Positions 29,875 through 42,146 are shown, numbered from the stretch's first letter. The stretch is 64,000 bases of DNA from Candidatus Yanofskybacteria bacterium RIFCSPLOWO2_01_FULL_42_49 (GCA_001795615.1 MGKI01000004.1:22324-86323); one strand, 5' to 3'. Notes: generated from the letters alone by a model not told the origin. Numbers and translations: made by a program.

Positions 29875-31656
29875 ATGCTTACCAGCTTACATGCTGAATT
29901 GGTTAAAATTCCTCAAACATTAGTAGAAGAATTTATAAAACAAGGCCTTATCTCCGAAGAGGACATTAAATACCTTGAAGATCTGGCTCAGACCCAAAAT
30001 AAAGATCTTGGCCAAATGATAATTGACCAGGGAATTATGTCCGAGAACGATCTTTTAAATTTCAAATCCAGAGTATATCAGCTTCCGATCGTAAAGCTTG
30101 AAGAAATAGAACTGGATAAAGAGGCGCTAAAAGAACTCCCGGAGGACATAGTCGCATTCTACAAAATTATTCCTTTTGCCAAAGAAAGCGGAGTCTTGAG
30201 GATCGGTATAGTTGACCCAGAGGATATAAATGCTCTCGAAGCACTTAAATTCCTTTCCGGCCAAAAAGGACTGACAATAGAAAAATATCTAATAGGATAC
30301 AAGGACTTTGCCAATATAACCAGATCATACAGAACCCTGACCGGCGAGGTAGGGGAGGCTCTTGAATCGCTAGCTGAAGAACTAGAAAAAAAAGTAGTAA
30401 AAGAGGGGCCGGCAAAAATAAAACTTGAGGAGCTAAGCGCAGAGGCGCCTGTTACCAGAATTGTAGCCGTCATTGTAAGGCACGCCGTTGAATCTAGAGC
30501 ATCAGATATACACATAGAGCCCTTCGACGACCGAGTAAGGGTTAGATTCAGAATAGACGGCGTTTTGATAACTTCCCTGACCTTGCCTAAAAATCTCCAT
30601 TCTGCCGTTGTAACCCGCATTAAAATCCTTTCCGATTTGAAAATCGACGAAACACGGCTGGCTCAAGACGGAAGATTCGCCACCAAACTCGGGGAAAGAA
30701 AAATTGATTTTCGCGTATCCACTTTTCCAACCAAAAACGGAGAAAAAGTAGTAATGCGTATATTAGACCCCTTGGCAGGCGTTGTTACCTTGGGAGATCT
30801 TGGTCTTGAAGGCAGATCCCTTGATATTCTTCAACGGGGAATGACCAAGCCCTTTGGCAGTATTTTGATAACCGGACCGACCGGTTCAGGAAAATCAACG
30901 ACTCTCGCGGCCATGTTAAGAGTAATGAATACCGAGGACATCAACATCGTAACGCTGGAAGATCCGATAGAATATTTCGTGGATGGAGTTAATCAGTCAC
31001 AAGTACACGAAGAGATTGGTTATACTTTTGCCAACGGATTGAGACATATCCTTAGGCAAGACCCCGATGTGATAATGGTTGGCGAGATCAGAGACAAAGA
31101 GACAGCCGGTCTTGCCACTCAAGCCGCTTTAACCGGCCACATTGTCCTTTCTACTCTCCACACCAATGACTCAATGGGAGTAGTGCCTCGACTAATTGAC
31201 ATGGGTGTTGAAAAATATTTAATCCCGCCGACAGTAAATGTTGCCGCCGCGCAACGACTTTTGCGTCGCCTCTGTCCTGATTGCAAAGTTAAAGCAAAAG
31301 CAAACAGCGGAGAAGAAAAAATTATAAATGACGCCATTAAAGACATGCCATCCGAATACTATAAAAGTTTATTCTCAGAAAAAGGATACACAATTTATAA
31401 GCCCAATACCGATAATCCCTGTAAAACATGTGGGGGGAAAGCTTTTAAGGGCAGGCTAGGCATATTTGAAATGATGGAGATGACGGATGAATTTGAAAAA
31501 ATAATATTAGGCACCCTATCGGAGGCAGCGATGAGAGAAGAAGCAAAAAGACAAAACATGATTACCATGTTCCAGGACGGAATTTTGAAGGTCTTAAATG
31601 GGATGGTATCATTGGAAGAGCTGCTTGAAGTAGCACAAGCCAATGAATCGGCGTAG
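29875..31656 (+). CDS. pilB: Type IV pilus extension ATPase PilB (GspE family)
   Basis: ASDIHIEP, GPTGSGKS, RQDPDVIMVGEIRD, TGH; true start may be a few codons downstream because the first codons lie in a repeat. Confidence 0.93.
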   Translation: MLTSLHAELVKIPQTLVEEFIKQGLISEEDIKYLEDLAQTQNKDLGQMIIDQGIMSENDLLNFKSRVYQLPIVKLEEIELDKEALKELPEDIVAFYKIIPFAKESGVLRIGIVDPEDINALEALKFLSGQKGLTIEKYLIGYKDFANITRSYRTLTGEVGEALESLAEELEKKVVKEGPAKIKLEELSAEAPVTRIVAVIVRHAVESRASDIHIEPFDDRVRVRFRIDGVLITSLTLPKNLHSAVVTRIKILSDLKIDETRLAQDGRFATKLGERKIDFRVSTFPTKNGEKVVMRILDPLAGVVTLGDLGLEGRSLDILQRGMTKPFGSILITGPTGSGKSTTLAAMLRVMNTEDINIVTLEDPIEYFVDGVNQSQVHEEIGYTFANGLRHILRQDPDVIMVGEIRDKETAGLATQAALTGHIVLSTLHTNDSMGVVPRLIDMGVEKYLIPPTVNVAAAQRLLRRLCPDCKVKAKANSGEEKIINDAIKDMPSEYYKSLFSEKGYTIYKPNTDNPCKTCGGKAFKGRLGIFEMMEMTDEFEKIILGTLSEAAMREEAKRQNMITMFQDGILKVLNGMVSLEELLEVAQANESA

Positions 31657-31797
31657 TGCCTAGCGACTAGTGCCTAGCGACTAAAAATTAGTGTCTAACA
31701 ATTTAGTGCCTAGCGATTAGTAATTTCTTACTAGTGGCTAGTGGCTAAATCCTAATGGCTAACTTTAGTGGCTAGTGGCTAGTGGCTAGTGGCTAAT
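31654..31797. repeat. TAG-heptamer inverted-arm element
   Basis: TAGTGCC/TAGCGAC left arm; TAGTGGC repeats in the right arm. Confidence 0.9.
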
Positions 31798-31799
31798 CG

Positions 31800-32864
31800 G
31801 TGGATTACAAACAATACCTAGACGAGCTTCTATTCACAACAGCTGAAAACGGAGCTTCAGATTTGCACATTTCTCCAGGCCACTATCCGTCAATAAGAAT
31901 AGACGGCCGGCTTATTCAAGTCGCGGATAAGCAGATACTAGATAAGGAAATTTCTGAAGGAATTGTTTTAGAGTTGGTCGGATCGGAAAGAAAAGATCGT
32001 TTTATATCCGAAAAAGAGCTCGATTTTTCATACGAGTATGCTCAAAAATATAGATTCAGAGTAAATACATACAACACTCGGGGCGGAATGGCAGCGTCTC
32101 TGCGTTTAATCCCTAATAAAATACGGACAATAGAAGAATTGGGGTTGCCCCCCATAATCAAGATATTCAGTCGACTTTCCCAAGGATTTGTTTTGGTGGT
32201 CGGTCCCAATGGCCACGGCAAATCAACCACATTATCCGCAATTATAGATCTCGTAAACAAAGAACGAGCTGAAAAAATAGTCACCATCGAAGATCCTATC
32301 GAATATATTTTCACTCCCGACAAAAGTATTATTGATCAGAGGGAAATATATCAAGACACATTCTCGTTTCATAAAGCCCTCCGTTCAACATTCAGACAGA
32401 ACGTCAATATCATTATGGTGGGAGAGATGCGAGACTACGAAACAATGAGCGCAGCAGTAACAGCCGCCGAAACCGGCCATCTTGTTTTGGCGTCACTTCA
32501 TACAAACAGCGCTTCTCAAACTATCGAACGCATCATTGATAGTTTTCCTCCAAATCAGCAGACTCAAATAAGAAACCAGCTAGCCAACACTATCTCCGGG
32601 ATAATTTCACAAAGATTAATACAACGAATAAAGGGTGGCCTTGTGCCAGCCACAGAAGTAATGATCGCGACAACAGCCGTAAGGACGCTGATCAGAGACA
32701 ACCGGCCGAGACAACTGGATCTTGTAATAGAGACCAGCCAAGATGTCGGAATGATGCCGCTGGATAGATCGCTTGCTGACTTGGTTAGAAGAAAGGAAAT
32801 ATCTATAGACAGAGCTGAATTTTATTCGACCAATTCGCTAGAGTTAAGAAATCAGTTAAAATAA
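31800..32864 (+). CDS. pilT: Pilus retraction ATPase PilT
   Basis: ASDLHI, GPNGHGKS, GEMRD, AAETGHLV. Confidence 0.93.
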   Translation: MDYKQYLDELLFTTAENGASDLHISPGHYPSIRIDGRLIQVADKQILDKEISEGIVLELVGSERKDRFISEKELDFSYEYAQKYRFRVNTYNTRGGMAASLRLIPNKIRTIEELGLPPIIKIFSRLSQGFVLVVGPNGHGKSTTLSAIIDLVNKERAEKIVTIEDPIEYIFTPDKSIIDQREIYQDTFSFHKALRSTFRQNVNIIMVGEMRDYETMSAAVTAAETGHLVLASLHTNSASQTIERIIDSFPPNQQTQIRNQLANTISGIISQRLIQRIKGGLVPATEVMIATTAVRTLIRDNRPRQLDLVIETSQDVGMMPLDRSLADLVRRKEISIDRAEFYSTNSLELRNQLK

Positions 32865-32974
32865 TGCGGACCTACGAACAAGTTACGCGAACGCTACGAA
32901 CAAGAGGCGGACCGATGTGGGCTGTTCGGTTCGCAATGTTCGCATAGTAGTTCGCATCGTTCGCATTATATTTT

Positions 32975-34183
32975 ATGGATTTTTCTTACAAAGTTAAAAC
33001 CAAAACCGGAGAAATAGCAGAGGGAACAGTGGACGCCCCTGAAGAAAACACAGCCGTTAGCATTCTCCACAGCAAGGGCTATGTAGTTTTGTCTCTAACA
33101 CCCCTAAAGAAGGGGGTTTTAACATCTGACATGGGCCAAATTATTTCAAGGCCCAACATTAAAGACATCGTAATTTTTACAAGACAATTATCTACTTTAG
33201 TAGATGCTGACATGCCGATCAGCGAGGGACTGAGAACACTAGCTAAACAAAGCGAGAAACCAATGTTCAAGAAAATAATTACAGAGGTTTCTGAATCTGT
33301 AGAAGCGGGGTCTTCTCTGTCAAATGCCCTGACGGCTTATCCTAAACTATTCTCCACATTTTACATAAAACTGGTGCAATCAGGCGAAATTTCAGGAAAA
33401 CTTCAGGAGTCGCTTCTTTATCTTGCTGAGTATCTTGAAAGAAGCAGGGGCATTAATTCTAAGATACGCGGAGCACTTGCTTATCCGGCTTTTGTTGTTT
33501 TCGCATTGGGCGTGGTCACATTAATTATGGTGATATATGTGCTCCCTCAATTACTATCAATCTTTGAGGAAGCCGGGGTAGCAGATCTGCCCATGACAAC
33601 CAGAATTCTTATTTGGGTTACAACTTTTGTTAATAAATATCTGTATTTTTTGATGACGGGCGTCTTAGTCTTGGTATATGTTGGCTGGACATATATTAAA
33701 ACCCCGGCCGGCAAAGAAAGGCTAGATGATCTTAAAATAAAATTTCCTTCGCTGGGAGTAGTAATAAGAAATCTTTACCTTGCCCGTATTTCTGAGAGTT
33801 TATCTACTCTGATAAAATCCGGAATACCAATATTAGAGGGGATAAAGATAACATCCGAATTGGTTGGTAATGAAAATTATAAAAAAATAATGCTGGCCGC
33901 CGAAGAAAATGTAAGAAACGGGGGCACGATATCAGAAGTATTGGTGAAATATAAAGAGGTGCCACCATTGTTTTCATCAATGGTTGCTATCGGGGAGAAG
34001 ACCGGAAAATTAGACTCCATGCTAGAACACATATCCAAGTTCTATAAATCCGAATCAGATAATACCATCGATAACATTTCTCAATTGATAGAGCCTATTC
34101 TTGTTCTTGTTCTTGGTTTTGCTGTTGCCATATTGGTATCAAGCATTTTGTTACCAATATATAACTTGGTTGGAATAGCATAA
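32975..34183 (+). CDS. pilC: Pilus platform protein PilC (GspF family)
   Basis: FTRQLSTL, GEISG, AYP, GEKTGKL, IEP. Confidence 0.93.
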   Translation: MDFSYKVKTKTGEIAEGTVDAPEENTAVSILHSKGYVVLSLTPLKKGVLTSDMGQIISRPNIKDIVIFTRQLSTLVDADMPISEGLRTLAKQSEKPMFKKIITEVSESVEAGSSLSNALTAYPKLFSTFYIKLVQSGEISGKLQESLLYLAEYLERSRGINSKIRGALAYPAFVVFALGVVTLIMVIYVLPQLLSIFEEAGVADLPMTTRILIWVTTFVNKYLYFLMTGVLVLVYVGWTYIKTPAGKERLDDLKIKFPSLGVVIRNLYLARISESLSTLIKSGIPILEGIKITSELVGNENYKKIMLAAEENVRNGGTISEVLVKYKEVPPLFSSMVAIGEKTGKLDSMLEHISKFYKSESDNTIDNISQLIEPILVLVLGFAVAILVSSILLPIYNLVGIA

Positions 34184-34367
34184 ACTAAATCTCTAAATCC
34201 TAAACTCCAATCTCTAAACAATCTCAAAATTCAAAATATTTTTGATATTTGGATTTTGCCTGTCTGCCAGTAGTCAGAAATTTATTTAGAAATCAGAGAT
34301 TAGAGATTTCAACTACTGTGGATATCTTGCGTTGTACTATTAAAAATGCTTTAACTATAATAAAGAC

Positions 34368-34871
34368 ATGATAAACACAGGGAATAAGTCACAAAAAGGT
34401 TTTACCTTGGTCGAGCTATTGGTGGTCATAGCCATCATTGGAATTTTAGCAACTTTATTATTGCTTCAATTGGGAGTAGCCCGTCAGCGTGCCAGAGACG
34501 CAAAACGCATAGCAGATATAAACCAAACCCGAACCGCTATTGAGCTTTATTTCGACGATAACGGCCAATATCCTCAACAAGCAACATTTGCAGGACTGGG
34601 TGCGCTTTTTGTCCCCAAATACCTTACGCTTTTACCAGTAGATCCTCTAAATGTAGCGCCAAATACTTATAATTATAACTACAACGGCAACACTAAATAT
34701 CAAGTCTGGGGAGAGTTAGAACAATGGGCGCAAGCTCTGGCTAGCGACGCCGACATAAACTCTACAGCCGGCGGATGGACGGGACAGACAGTTAACGGTG
34801 CAACTGACGCAAAAACAAACTGCACCACTGCGGCGGCTGACTGCGTGTACGATCAGGGCCAATCACAGTAG
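34368..34871 (+). CDS. Type IV pilin (probable major pilin)
   Basis: KGFTLVELLVVIAIIGIL, ARDAKR; own upstream TATAAT and downstream terminator. Confidence 0.9.
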   Translation: MINTGNKSQKGFTLVELLVVIAIIGILATLLLLQLGVARQRARDAKRIADINQTRTAIELYFDDNGQYPQQATFAGLGALFVPKYLTLLPVDPLNVAPNTYNYNYNGNTKYQVWGELEQWAQALASDADINSTAGGWTGQTVNGATDAKTNCTTAAADCVYDQGQSQ

Positions 34872-34916
34872 TAATTAGCCACTAGCAATTAGTCGCTAGT
34901 TATTAGTAACTAAATC

Positions 34917-34942
34917 AAAATCTCGCCACTAGGCGAGATTTT
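34917..34942 (+). terminator. Terminator after pilin
   Basis: AAAATCTCGCC ACTA GGCGAGATTTT. Confidence 0.7.
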
Positions 34943-34975
34943 GATAACGACAGATAAATACATTATTATTAGATC

Positions 34976-35734
34976 GTGGGAATTTATTTTTATGTCTTTA
35001 TATTTTTGATAGGCCTTTCAATGGGGAGTTTTTTTAACGTTGTCTTGTTTAGGTTTAATACTGGCCGTAGCATAATAAGGGGAAGGTCTAAGTGCGTCAT
35101 CTGCCAGTCAACAATTAGATGGTTCGATTTACTACCTGTCCTTAGCCACTTTATCCTCGAAGGACGGTGCAGAAACTGCAAAAAGAAGATATCCTCCGCA
35201 TATCCGATTATGGAGATCTCTACTGCCACTGCTTTGCTGTTGTTATTCTTAAACGCACCAGACACCTCATTCCCAACGGTACTAAATGCCTCAATTGTCT
35301 TACTTTTTGTGCTGATAGTTTTTTTTGATATTCGTTACTTTATAATTCCGGACAAAATATTGATTGCAGCGGCAATACCAACAACGGCTATCATGCTAAC
35401 CAGCCCAAATGCCGTCTTGCCTAATCTGTTGATTTCCGGATTAGGCCTGGCGACATTTTTTGCTATACTATTTATAGTGTCGCGTGGAAAATGGATAGGG
35501 TTTGGTGATGTTAAACTCATATTGATTATGGGTCTACTATTAGGATATCCTCTCGGTTTTTTTGCTGTTATGTCCTCGATATGGGCCGCAGCAATATTCT
35601 CAATTCTGTTGTTGGTAACAGGAAGAGCCAACCTAAAGACCCAAATTCCTTTCGGATCGTTTTTGGCAATAACAACTATAATTTTCGTAATTTTTAACCA
35701 TGAACTCCAAGAAATATCCAGATACTTTTATTAG
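34976..35734 (+). CDS. pilD: Prepilin peptidase
   Basis: GSFFNV, two CxxC, GFGDVKL, IPFGSFL. Confidence 0.93.
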   Translation: MGIYFYVFIFLIGLSMGSFFNVVLFRFNTGRSIIRGRSKCVICQSTIRWFDLLPVLSHFILEGRCRNCKKKISSAYPIMEISTATALLLLFLNAPDTSFPTVLNASIVLLFVLIVFFDIRYFIIPDKILIAAAIPTTAIMLTSPNAVLPNLLISGLGLATFFAILFIVSRGKWIGFGDVKLILIMGLLLGYPLGFFAVMSSIWAAAIFSILLLVTGRANLKTQIPFGSFLAITTIIFVIFNHELQEISRYFY

Positions 35735-36137
35735 CGAGACCCTACTCGTTCAGGTTATTCTTGTCGTTGTAGTCGTCGGGATAGTAGTGTTTTTTGACAA
35801 ACTGTCCAACGGAGAGTGGTTTTCTGTGGATGACGGATCTAAAAGAGAGGCGACGCTGATAATTGACTTTGATAACATGAGAAGGACATTCGAGGGAGAG
35901 GTGATTGAAGAAATGACTATTTTAGACGCCCTTAACGCATCGGTTACCGCCGGACAGATAAAATTGACCTATACCGTGGACGACAACAACCATACTTCTG
36001 TTGCTGAGATTGACGGACATTCTGCCGTTTTTGGTAAAAACTTCTTTTTCTATTTGAACGAAAAAAAGATCCACACAAAAGACCTCAATAGGACCTTCGT
36101 TGATCCGGGGGATAAGATAACAATCAAGTTGGAATAA
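35700..36137 (+). CDS. DUF4430-like membrane-anchored protein
   Basis: TM; TILDAL, IDG, FYLN, GDKI pattern. Confidence 0.55.
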   Translation: MNSKKYPDTFISETLLVQVILVVVVVGIVVFFDKLSNGEWFSVDDGSKREATLIIDFDNMRRTFEGEVIEEMTILDALNASVTAGQIKLTYTVDDNNHTSVAEIDGHSAVFGKNFFFYLNEKKIHTKDLNRTFVDPGDKITIKLE

Positions 36138-36274
36138 ATTATTCTAATTTCTAATTAACCTAATTATTCTAAAGAAGCCCTAATTCCAAAATATCTAATG
36201 CCTAAATTTTTAGTCATTTAGTCATTGGGATTTATTTAGGTCAATTAGAATAATTAGAGCAATTAGGTTAATTT

Positions 36275-36820
36275 GTGAGTAAAGGTTTTACATTAATTGA
36301 GGTAGTGGTAGTGGCTGGAATAACCGGTTTTATAACAACCATGTTTCTTATTAATTTCTCGAGATCAAGAATTAACTTTATAGAAGAGGTTAATACATTT
36401 AAATCCAAAATCAGAATAGCTCAAACAAAAGCCACATCAAGCACTCAGCTCAATAACACCATAAGATGCGGATATGGCGTCAGGTACATAAACAATCAGT
36501 CCTATGCGATATATGCGGGAGAAAGCACAAGCACATATGACTGTTCCGCCCAAAATAAAGATTACGACCCTACTGGCAGCCTAAATAACGACACTAGCGT
36601 TGAAACGATAAATTTTGCTGACGCCAAAGTAGAGTTCAAGTCAGTTTTCCGAGCAATCTATTTTGAGCCGCCTGACCCAAAGACATTTATAATTGACTCC
36701 GGGGGTTCGGTCCACAATGAACCGAATTACGCTTTGTCTGTTACATTAGGGAAAATAGGGGGCACTTGCCCACAGGACTGTAAAACAATAAATGTATTTA
36801 CATCAGGAAAAATCGAATAG
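36275..36820 (+). CDS. Minor pilin
   Basis: KGFTLIEV class III signal. Confidence 0.85.
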   Translation: MSKGFTLIEVVVVAGITGFITTMFLINFSRSRINFIEEVNTFKSKIRIAQTKATSSTQLNNTIRCGYGVRYINNQSYAIYAGESTSTYDCSAQNKDYDPTGSLNNDTSVETINFADAKVEFKSVFRAIYFEPPDPKTFIIDSGGSVHNEPNYALSVTLGKIGGTCPQDCKTINVFTSGKIE

Positions 36821-37286
36821 CGGTTTTACTCTCATAGAAGCGATGGTCGCTTTAGTTTTGTTTACCATAGCAATGGGGCCAGTTTTTATATTAGCCACAT
36901 CTTCCATCAATGTTGCTTCTCGGATTGAGAACAATTTAATTGCCGCTAATCTTGCCCAGGAAGGGATCGAGATTGTAAGAAACATCAGGGACACGAACTG
37001 GATAAACGGATCAGAGTTTGATAATAATCTTCAAACAGGAGCTTGGCGCGTCGAATGGAATACCGTGAACGGCGGTCTTGTGGCGATTGGATCAAATCCT
37101 GCTTTAAAGAAAAATAACGGCTTATATAATTATGCGTCGGGAACAGATACTATCTTCCGAAGAACTGTAACCATATCAAAACCAAACAATGGCGAGTTGG
37201 TTCTAACCAGCTCAGTAACTTGGGTGGAAAGAGGAAATGCCAACAGAAGTATCAGCGCCGAATCACATTTATTCAATTGGAAATGA
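36792..37286 (+). CDS. Minor pilin (PilV-like)
   Basis: GFTLIEA; AQEGIE.VR. Confidence 0.85.
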   Translation: MYLHQEKSNSGFTLIEAMVALVLFTIAMGPVFILATSSINVASRIENNLIAANLAQEGIEIVRNIRDTNWINGSEFDNNLQTGAWRVEWNTVNGGLVAIGSNPALKKNNGLYNYASGTDTIFRRTVTISKPNNGELVLTSSVTWVERGNANRSISAESHLFNWK

Positions 37287-37343
37287 TGCAATTAGCCATC
37301 AATAGTTAGCCACTAGAACTTAGAACTAGTGACTACTAGCTAA

Positions 37344-37859
37344 ATGAACAAAATGAATAATCAAAAAGGTTTCAGTATAGTCGAGGTTGTCGTTACCACT
37401 TTTGTGTTCTCAATAATTTCGATAATCGTTGTCACCAACTTTGTTGGCATACTCGACCTGCAAAGAAGAGGTTCTGCTGCTCAAGTTATCCAGGAAGAGG
37501 CTCTGTTTGCCGTAGAATCGATGGCCAGAGAAATAAGGGTAAGCCAAATTCAAAGCCCCAATGACCCGAATTGTACCCTTACTAGTTTAACCATTGATCA
37601 TCCCATAAACGGTCCGACTATCTATTCAGTCGGTAACGGAGTAATAAACAAGACTGTTGGCGGAAACACTTTCTCGATTACCTCTACCAAAGTTAACTTC
37701 TCCAGACTAAATTTTTGTGTAAAGGGAGCGGGCATTGACAATGAACAACCAAGAATAACTATAGTTGCTTCAATACAGCCAACAAACGGAGAAGATCTTC
37801 AATTCGACATACAAACAAGCATTTCTTCCAGAGATTTAAGGGAAGAACTACTTAACTAG
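37344..37859 (+). CDS. Minor pilin (PilW-like)
   Basis: KGFSIVEV; MAREIR. Confidence 0.85.
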   Translation: MNKMNNQKGFSIVEVVVTTFVFSIISIIVVTNFVGILDLQRRGSAAQVIQEEALFAVESMAREIRVSQIQSPNDPNCTLTSLTIDHPINGPTIYSVGNGVINKTVGGNTFSITSTKVNFSRLNFCVKGAGIDNEQPRITIVASIQPTNGEDLQFDIQTSISSRDLREELLN

Positions 37860-37930
37860 CGACTAGCGATTAGCGACTAGCGACTAGTTAAAGTTGCTAA
37901 TGGCTAATGGCTAATGGCTAATGGCTAATG
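37857..37930. repeat. TAGCGAC x4 / CTAATGG x4 inverted-arm element
   Basis: Starts at the upstream stop TAG; the last repeat supplies the downstream ATG. Confidence 0.9.
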
Positions 37931-38272
37931 CAGAAGGGTTCAATAATTGTTTTTACTGTATTAATACTCACAATGATTTTGACGATAACTTTAACTTTGA
38001 CCAGAATATTTATTCCCCGGATACGAACCATTACAGAAGCCGCAAATTCAGTCAGCGCTATATACGCAGCTGACAGCGCCATAGAGTGGTGCCTTTATAC
38101 TAACCGTGGGAAAACTCCTTCTTTAGCTCAGCCGGCAATGGGCAACAGCGCTACATACCAAATATATAACAATGGTAATCCGTCTATCTGCCCCAATGGT
38201 GAAGCACTCAACTACCGCACCGTAGGCACATTCAGGGGAGTGAGCCGGTCATTTGAAGTATCGGAAATATAA
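37928..38272 (+). CDS. Minor pilin (PilX-like, no Glu5)
   Basis: QKGSII hydrophobic helix; A.YAADSAIE. Confidence 0.75.
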   Translation: MQKGSIIVFTVLILTMILTITLTLTRIFIPRIRTITEAANSVSAIYAADSAIEWCLYTNRGKTPSLAQPAMGNSATYQIYNNGNPSICPNGEALNYRTVGTFRGVSRSFEVSEI

Positions 38273-38308
38273 TTGAATTTAACCGGATTAGGTTGTATAT
38301 TTAACCCG

Positions 38309-40339
38309 ATGAAAATAATCCGAGCCCGAGAAAGGATCCTTAAACTTCGAGAAATTATAAACCACCATCGGTATCTTTATCATGTCCTGGACAAGCAGGA
38401 GATATCGGACGAAGCGCTGGACTCCCTTAAAAAGGAGCTTTTTGATTTGGAACAGCAATTCCCGGAGCTAATCACCCCTGACTCACCGACACAAAGAGTT
38501 GGCGGCAAACCGCTTAAAGAATTTGCCAAAGTCAAACATCCTAAGCCGATGTTGTCGTTCAACGACGCTTTTGACAATAAAGATATGGGGGACTGGAAAG
38601 CGCGCTTTGAAAAAATACACCCCGGAGCAAGCAAGCACGGCTATTACTGTGAACTTAAAATCGATGGTTTGGCTATTGAGTTGACATACAAAAATGGATT
38701 TCTAAAAATCGGCTCAACCCGAGGAGACGGCCTGATAGGGGAGGATGTGACAACCAACTTGAGAACAATTGAAGCAATTCCTCTCAAGTTGGAAATTCCA
38801 AATTCCCTGCCTATCGGACAAACAGGTAAATTCCAAATTCCAAAAGAACTTGTTATAAGGGGGGAAACTTTTATAACAAAAAATGTTTTTGAAAATATAA
38901 ACAAAGAACAAAGAAAGGCTGGCCTTAAGTCATATGCTAATCCTCGCAATCTTGCCGCCGGTTCTGTCAGACAACTCGACCCGAAGATAACCGCCTCTCG
39001 CAATATGGACTCATTCGCTTACTCTCTCGTTACTGACCTAGGTCAGAAAACACACGAAGAGGAGCATCAGATATTAAAATCACTGGGATTCAAAACAAAT
39101 CCCCATAATAAATTCGCCAAAGACCTGGACGAAGTTCAAAAATTCAGAGACTACTGGGAAAAGCATCGCGACAAGTTAGACTACGAGATAGACGGCATCG
39201 TTGTCATCCTCAACGACGAGAAATCGTTCCAGCAGACAGGGGTAGTCGGCAAAGCTCCGCGAGGAGCAATAGCGTATAAATTCTCTCCTAAAGAATCCGA
39301 GACTGTGGTTGAAGATATAGTGGTACAAGTTGGACGGACCGGAGTGCTAACCCCTGTTGCAAAATTAAGGCCCGTGAATATAGGCGGAACAACTGTTTCC
39401 AGAGCAACCCTACACAATATAGACGAAATAAATCGACTGGAGCTGAAAATAGGGGATACGGTAATAGTTGGGAGGGCGGGCGATGTGATACCCGACATTA
39501 AAAAGGTCCTAAAAGAGCTCCGAACAGGAAAAGAAAAAGATTTTCATATGCCTTCAAAATGTCCTGCTTGCGGAGAATTAATTAGACAGACTCAGGATCA
39601 GGTCGCTTACAAGTGCGTTAATAAAAACTGCCCGGCCATAAAAAGAGAAGCAATATACCACTTTATTTCTAAAAAAGCTTTTGACATCGATGGCGTCGGA
39701 CCTAAGACAATAGACCAGTTGATGGATGCGGCCCTAATACACGATGCCGCAGACCTTTTCACCCTAAAGAAAGGAGACCTGCTAAATCTTGATAGATTTG
39801 CCGAGAAGTCCGCAGAGAACACCATAAAAGCTTTGCAGAACAAAAAGAATGTGTCTCTTGATAAATTCGTCTACTCGCTGGGCATTGATCATGTCGGCGA
39901 AGAAACAGCATTTACGCTGGCAAAAAAATTTAAAAAATTGGGCAATATTAAAAATGCACTGCTAGAAGAGTTCCAATCGGTGCCCGATGTAGGTCCAATA
40001 GTTGCCGAGAGTATCTACGGCTGGTTCCAAAAAAAATATAATCAGAATCTTATAGATAAATTTGAAAAATCAGGCGTTAGAATTCTGGAAGAAAAAACAT
40101 CGGCAAAATCTGAAAAACTTGCCGGCAAAACATTCGTCCTGACAGGTACGCTCGAAACACTAGGTCGAGACGAAGCGAAAGACAAAATACGAGAACTAGG
40201 CGGAGATGTATCTTCTTCTGTCTCTAAAAATACCGACTATGTCGTCGCCGGAACCGAACCCGGCTCTAAGTACAACCAAGCAAAAAACCTTGGAGTTAAG
40301 ATCGTGCATGAAAAAGAATTTTTAAAAATGTTAAAATAG
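38309..40339 (+). CDS. ligA: NAD-dependent DNA ligase
   Basis: ELKIDG, TRGDG, NPRN, zinc finger, BRCT. Confidence 0.98.
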   Translation: MKIIRARERILKLREIINHHRYLYHVLDKQEISDEALDSLKKELFDLEQQFPELITPDSPTQRVGGKPLKEFAKVKHPKPMLSFNDAFDNKDMGDWKARFEKIHPGASKHGYYCELKIDGLAIELTYKNGFLKIGSTRGDGLIGEDVTTNLRTIEAIPLKLEIPNSLPIGQTGKFQIPKELVIRGETFITKNVFENINKEQRKAGLKSYANPRNLAAGSVRQLDPKITASRNMDSFAYSLVTDLGQKTHEEEHQILKSLGFKTNPHNKFAKDLDEVQKFRDYWEKHRDKLDYEIDGIVVILNDEKSFQQTGVVGKAPRGAIAYKFSPKESETVVEDIVVQVGRTGVLTPVAKLRPVNIGGTTVSRATLHNIDEINRLELKIGDTVIVGRAGDVIPDIKKVLKELRTGKEKDFHMPSKCPACGELIRQTQDQVAYKCVNKNCPAIKREAIYHFISKKAFDIDGVGPKTIDQLMDAALIHDAADLFTLKKGDLLNLDRFAEKSAENTIKALQNKKNVSLDKFVYSLGIDHVGEETAFTLAKKFKKLGNIKNALLEEFQSVPDVGPIVAESIYGWFQKKYNQNLIDKFEKSGVRILEEKTSAKSEKLAGKTFVLTGTLETLGRDEAKDKIRELGGDVSSSVSKNTDYVVAGTEPGSKYNQAKNLGVKIVHEKEFLKMLK

Positions 40340-40358
40340 ATACAGACTATAGCTCACC

Positions 40359-40695
40359 ATGTTAACCAACAAGGAAGTACAACACATAGCCCAACTCGCT
40401 CGAATTAAGCTGACTGAAAAAGAGGAGGAGAAATTCAAAAATGAACTCTCTTCAATTTTAGATTACATCAAAAAACTAAACGAATTGAACACGGAAGATG
40501 TTAAGCCACTATATCAAACAACGGGCATAATTAACGCTTTAAGACCAGACGAACATCGTAGGGACTTTGAGACGGACGAAAACTTGAACGAAAAGCTTGT
40601 TGGCCAAGCACCACACACTCAAAACAGATTTGTTAAAGTCAAATCTGTTTTGAGTAAATCTCAAATCACAAATACCAAATCCCAAACAAATTCCA

Positions 40696-40703
<8 letters not shown>
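40359..40703 (+). CDS. gatC: Asp/Glu-tRNA amidotransferase subunit C
   Basis: V.HIA.LARI; upstream of gatA; C-terminal tail encoded by a repeat. Confidence 0.9.
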
Positions 40704-42141
<1,438 letters not shown>

Positions 42142-42146
42142 AACTT

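Noticed and set aside
31654-37930. Possible CRISPR arrays
   Set aside because: Units are 7-9 nt tandem repeats without unique spacers; no cas genes in the window
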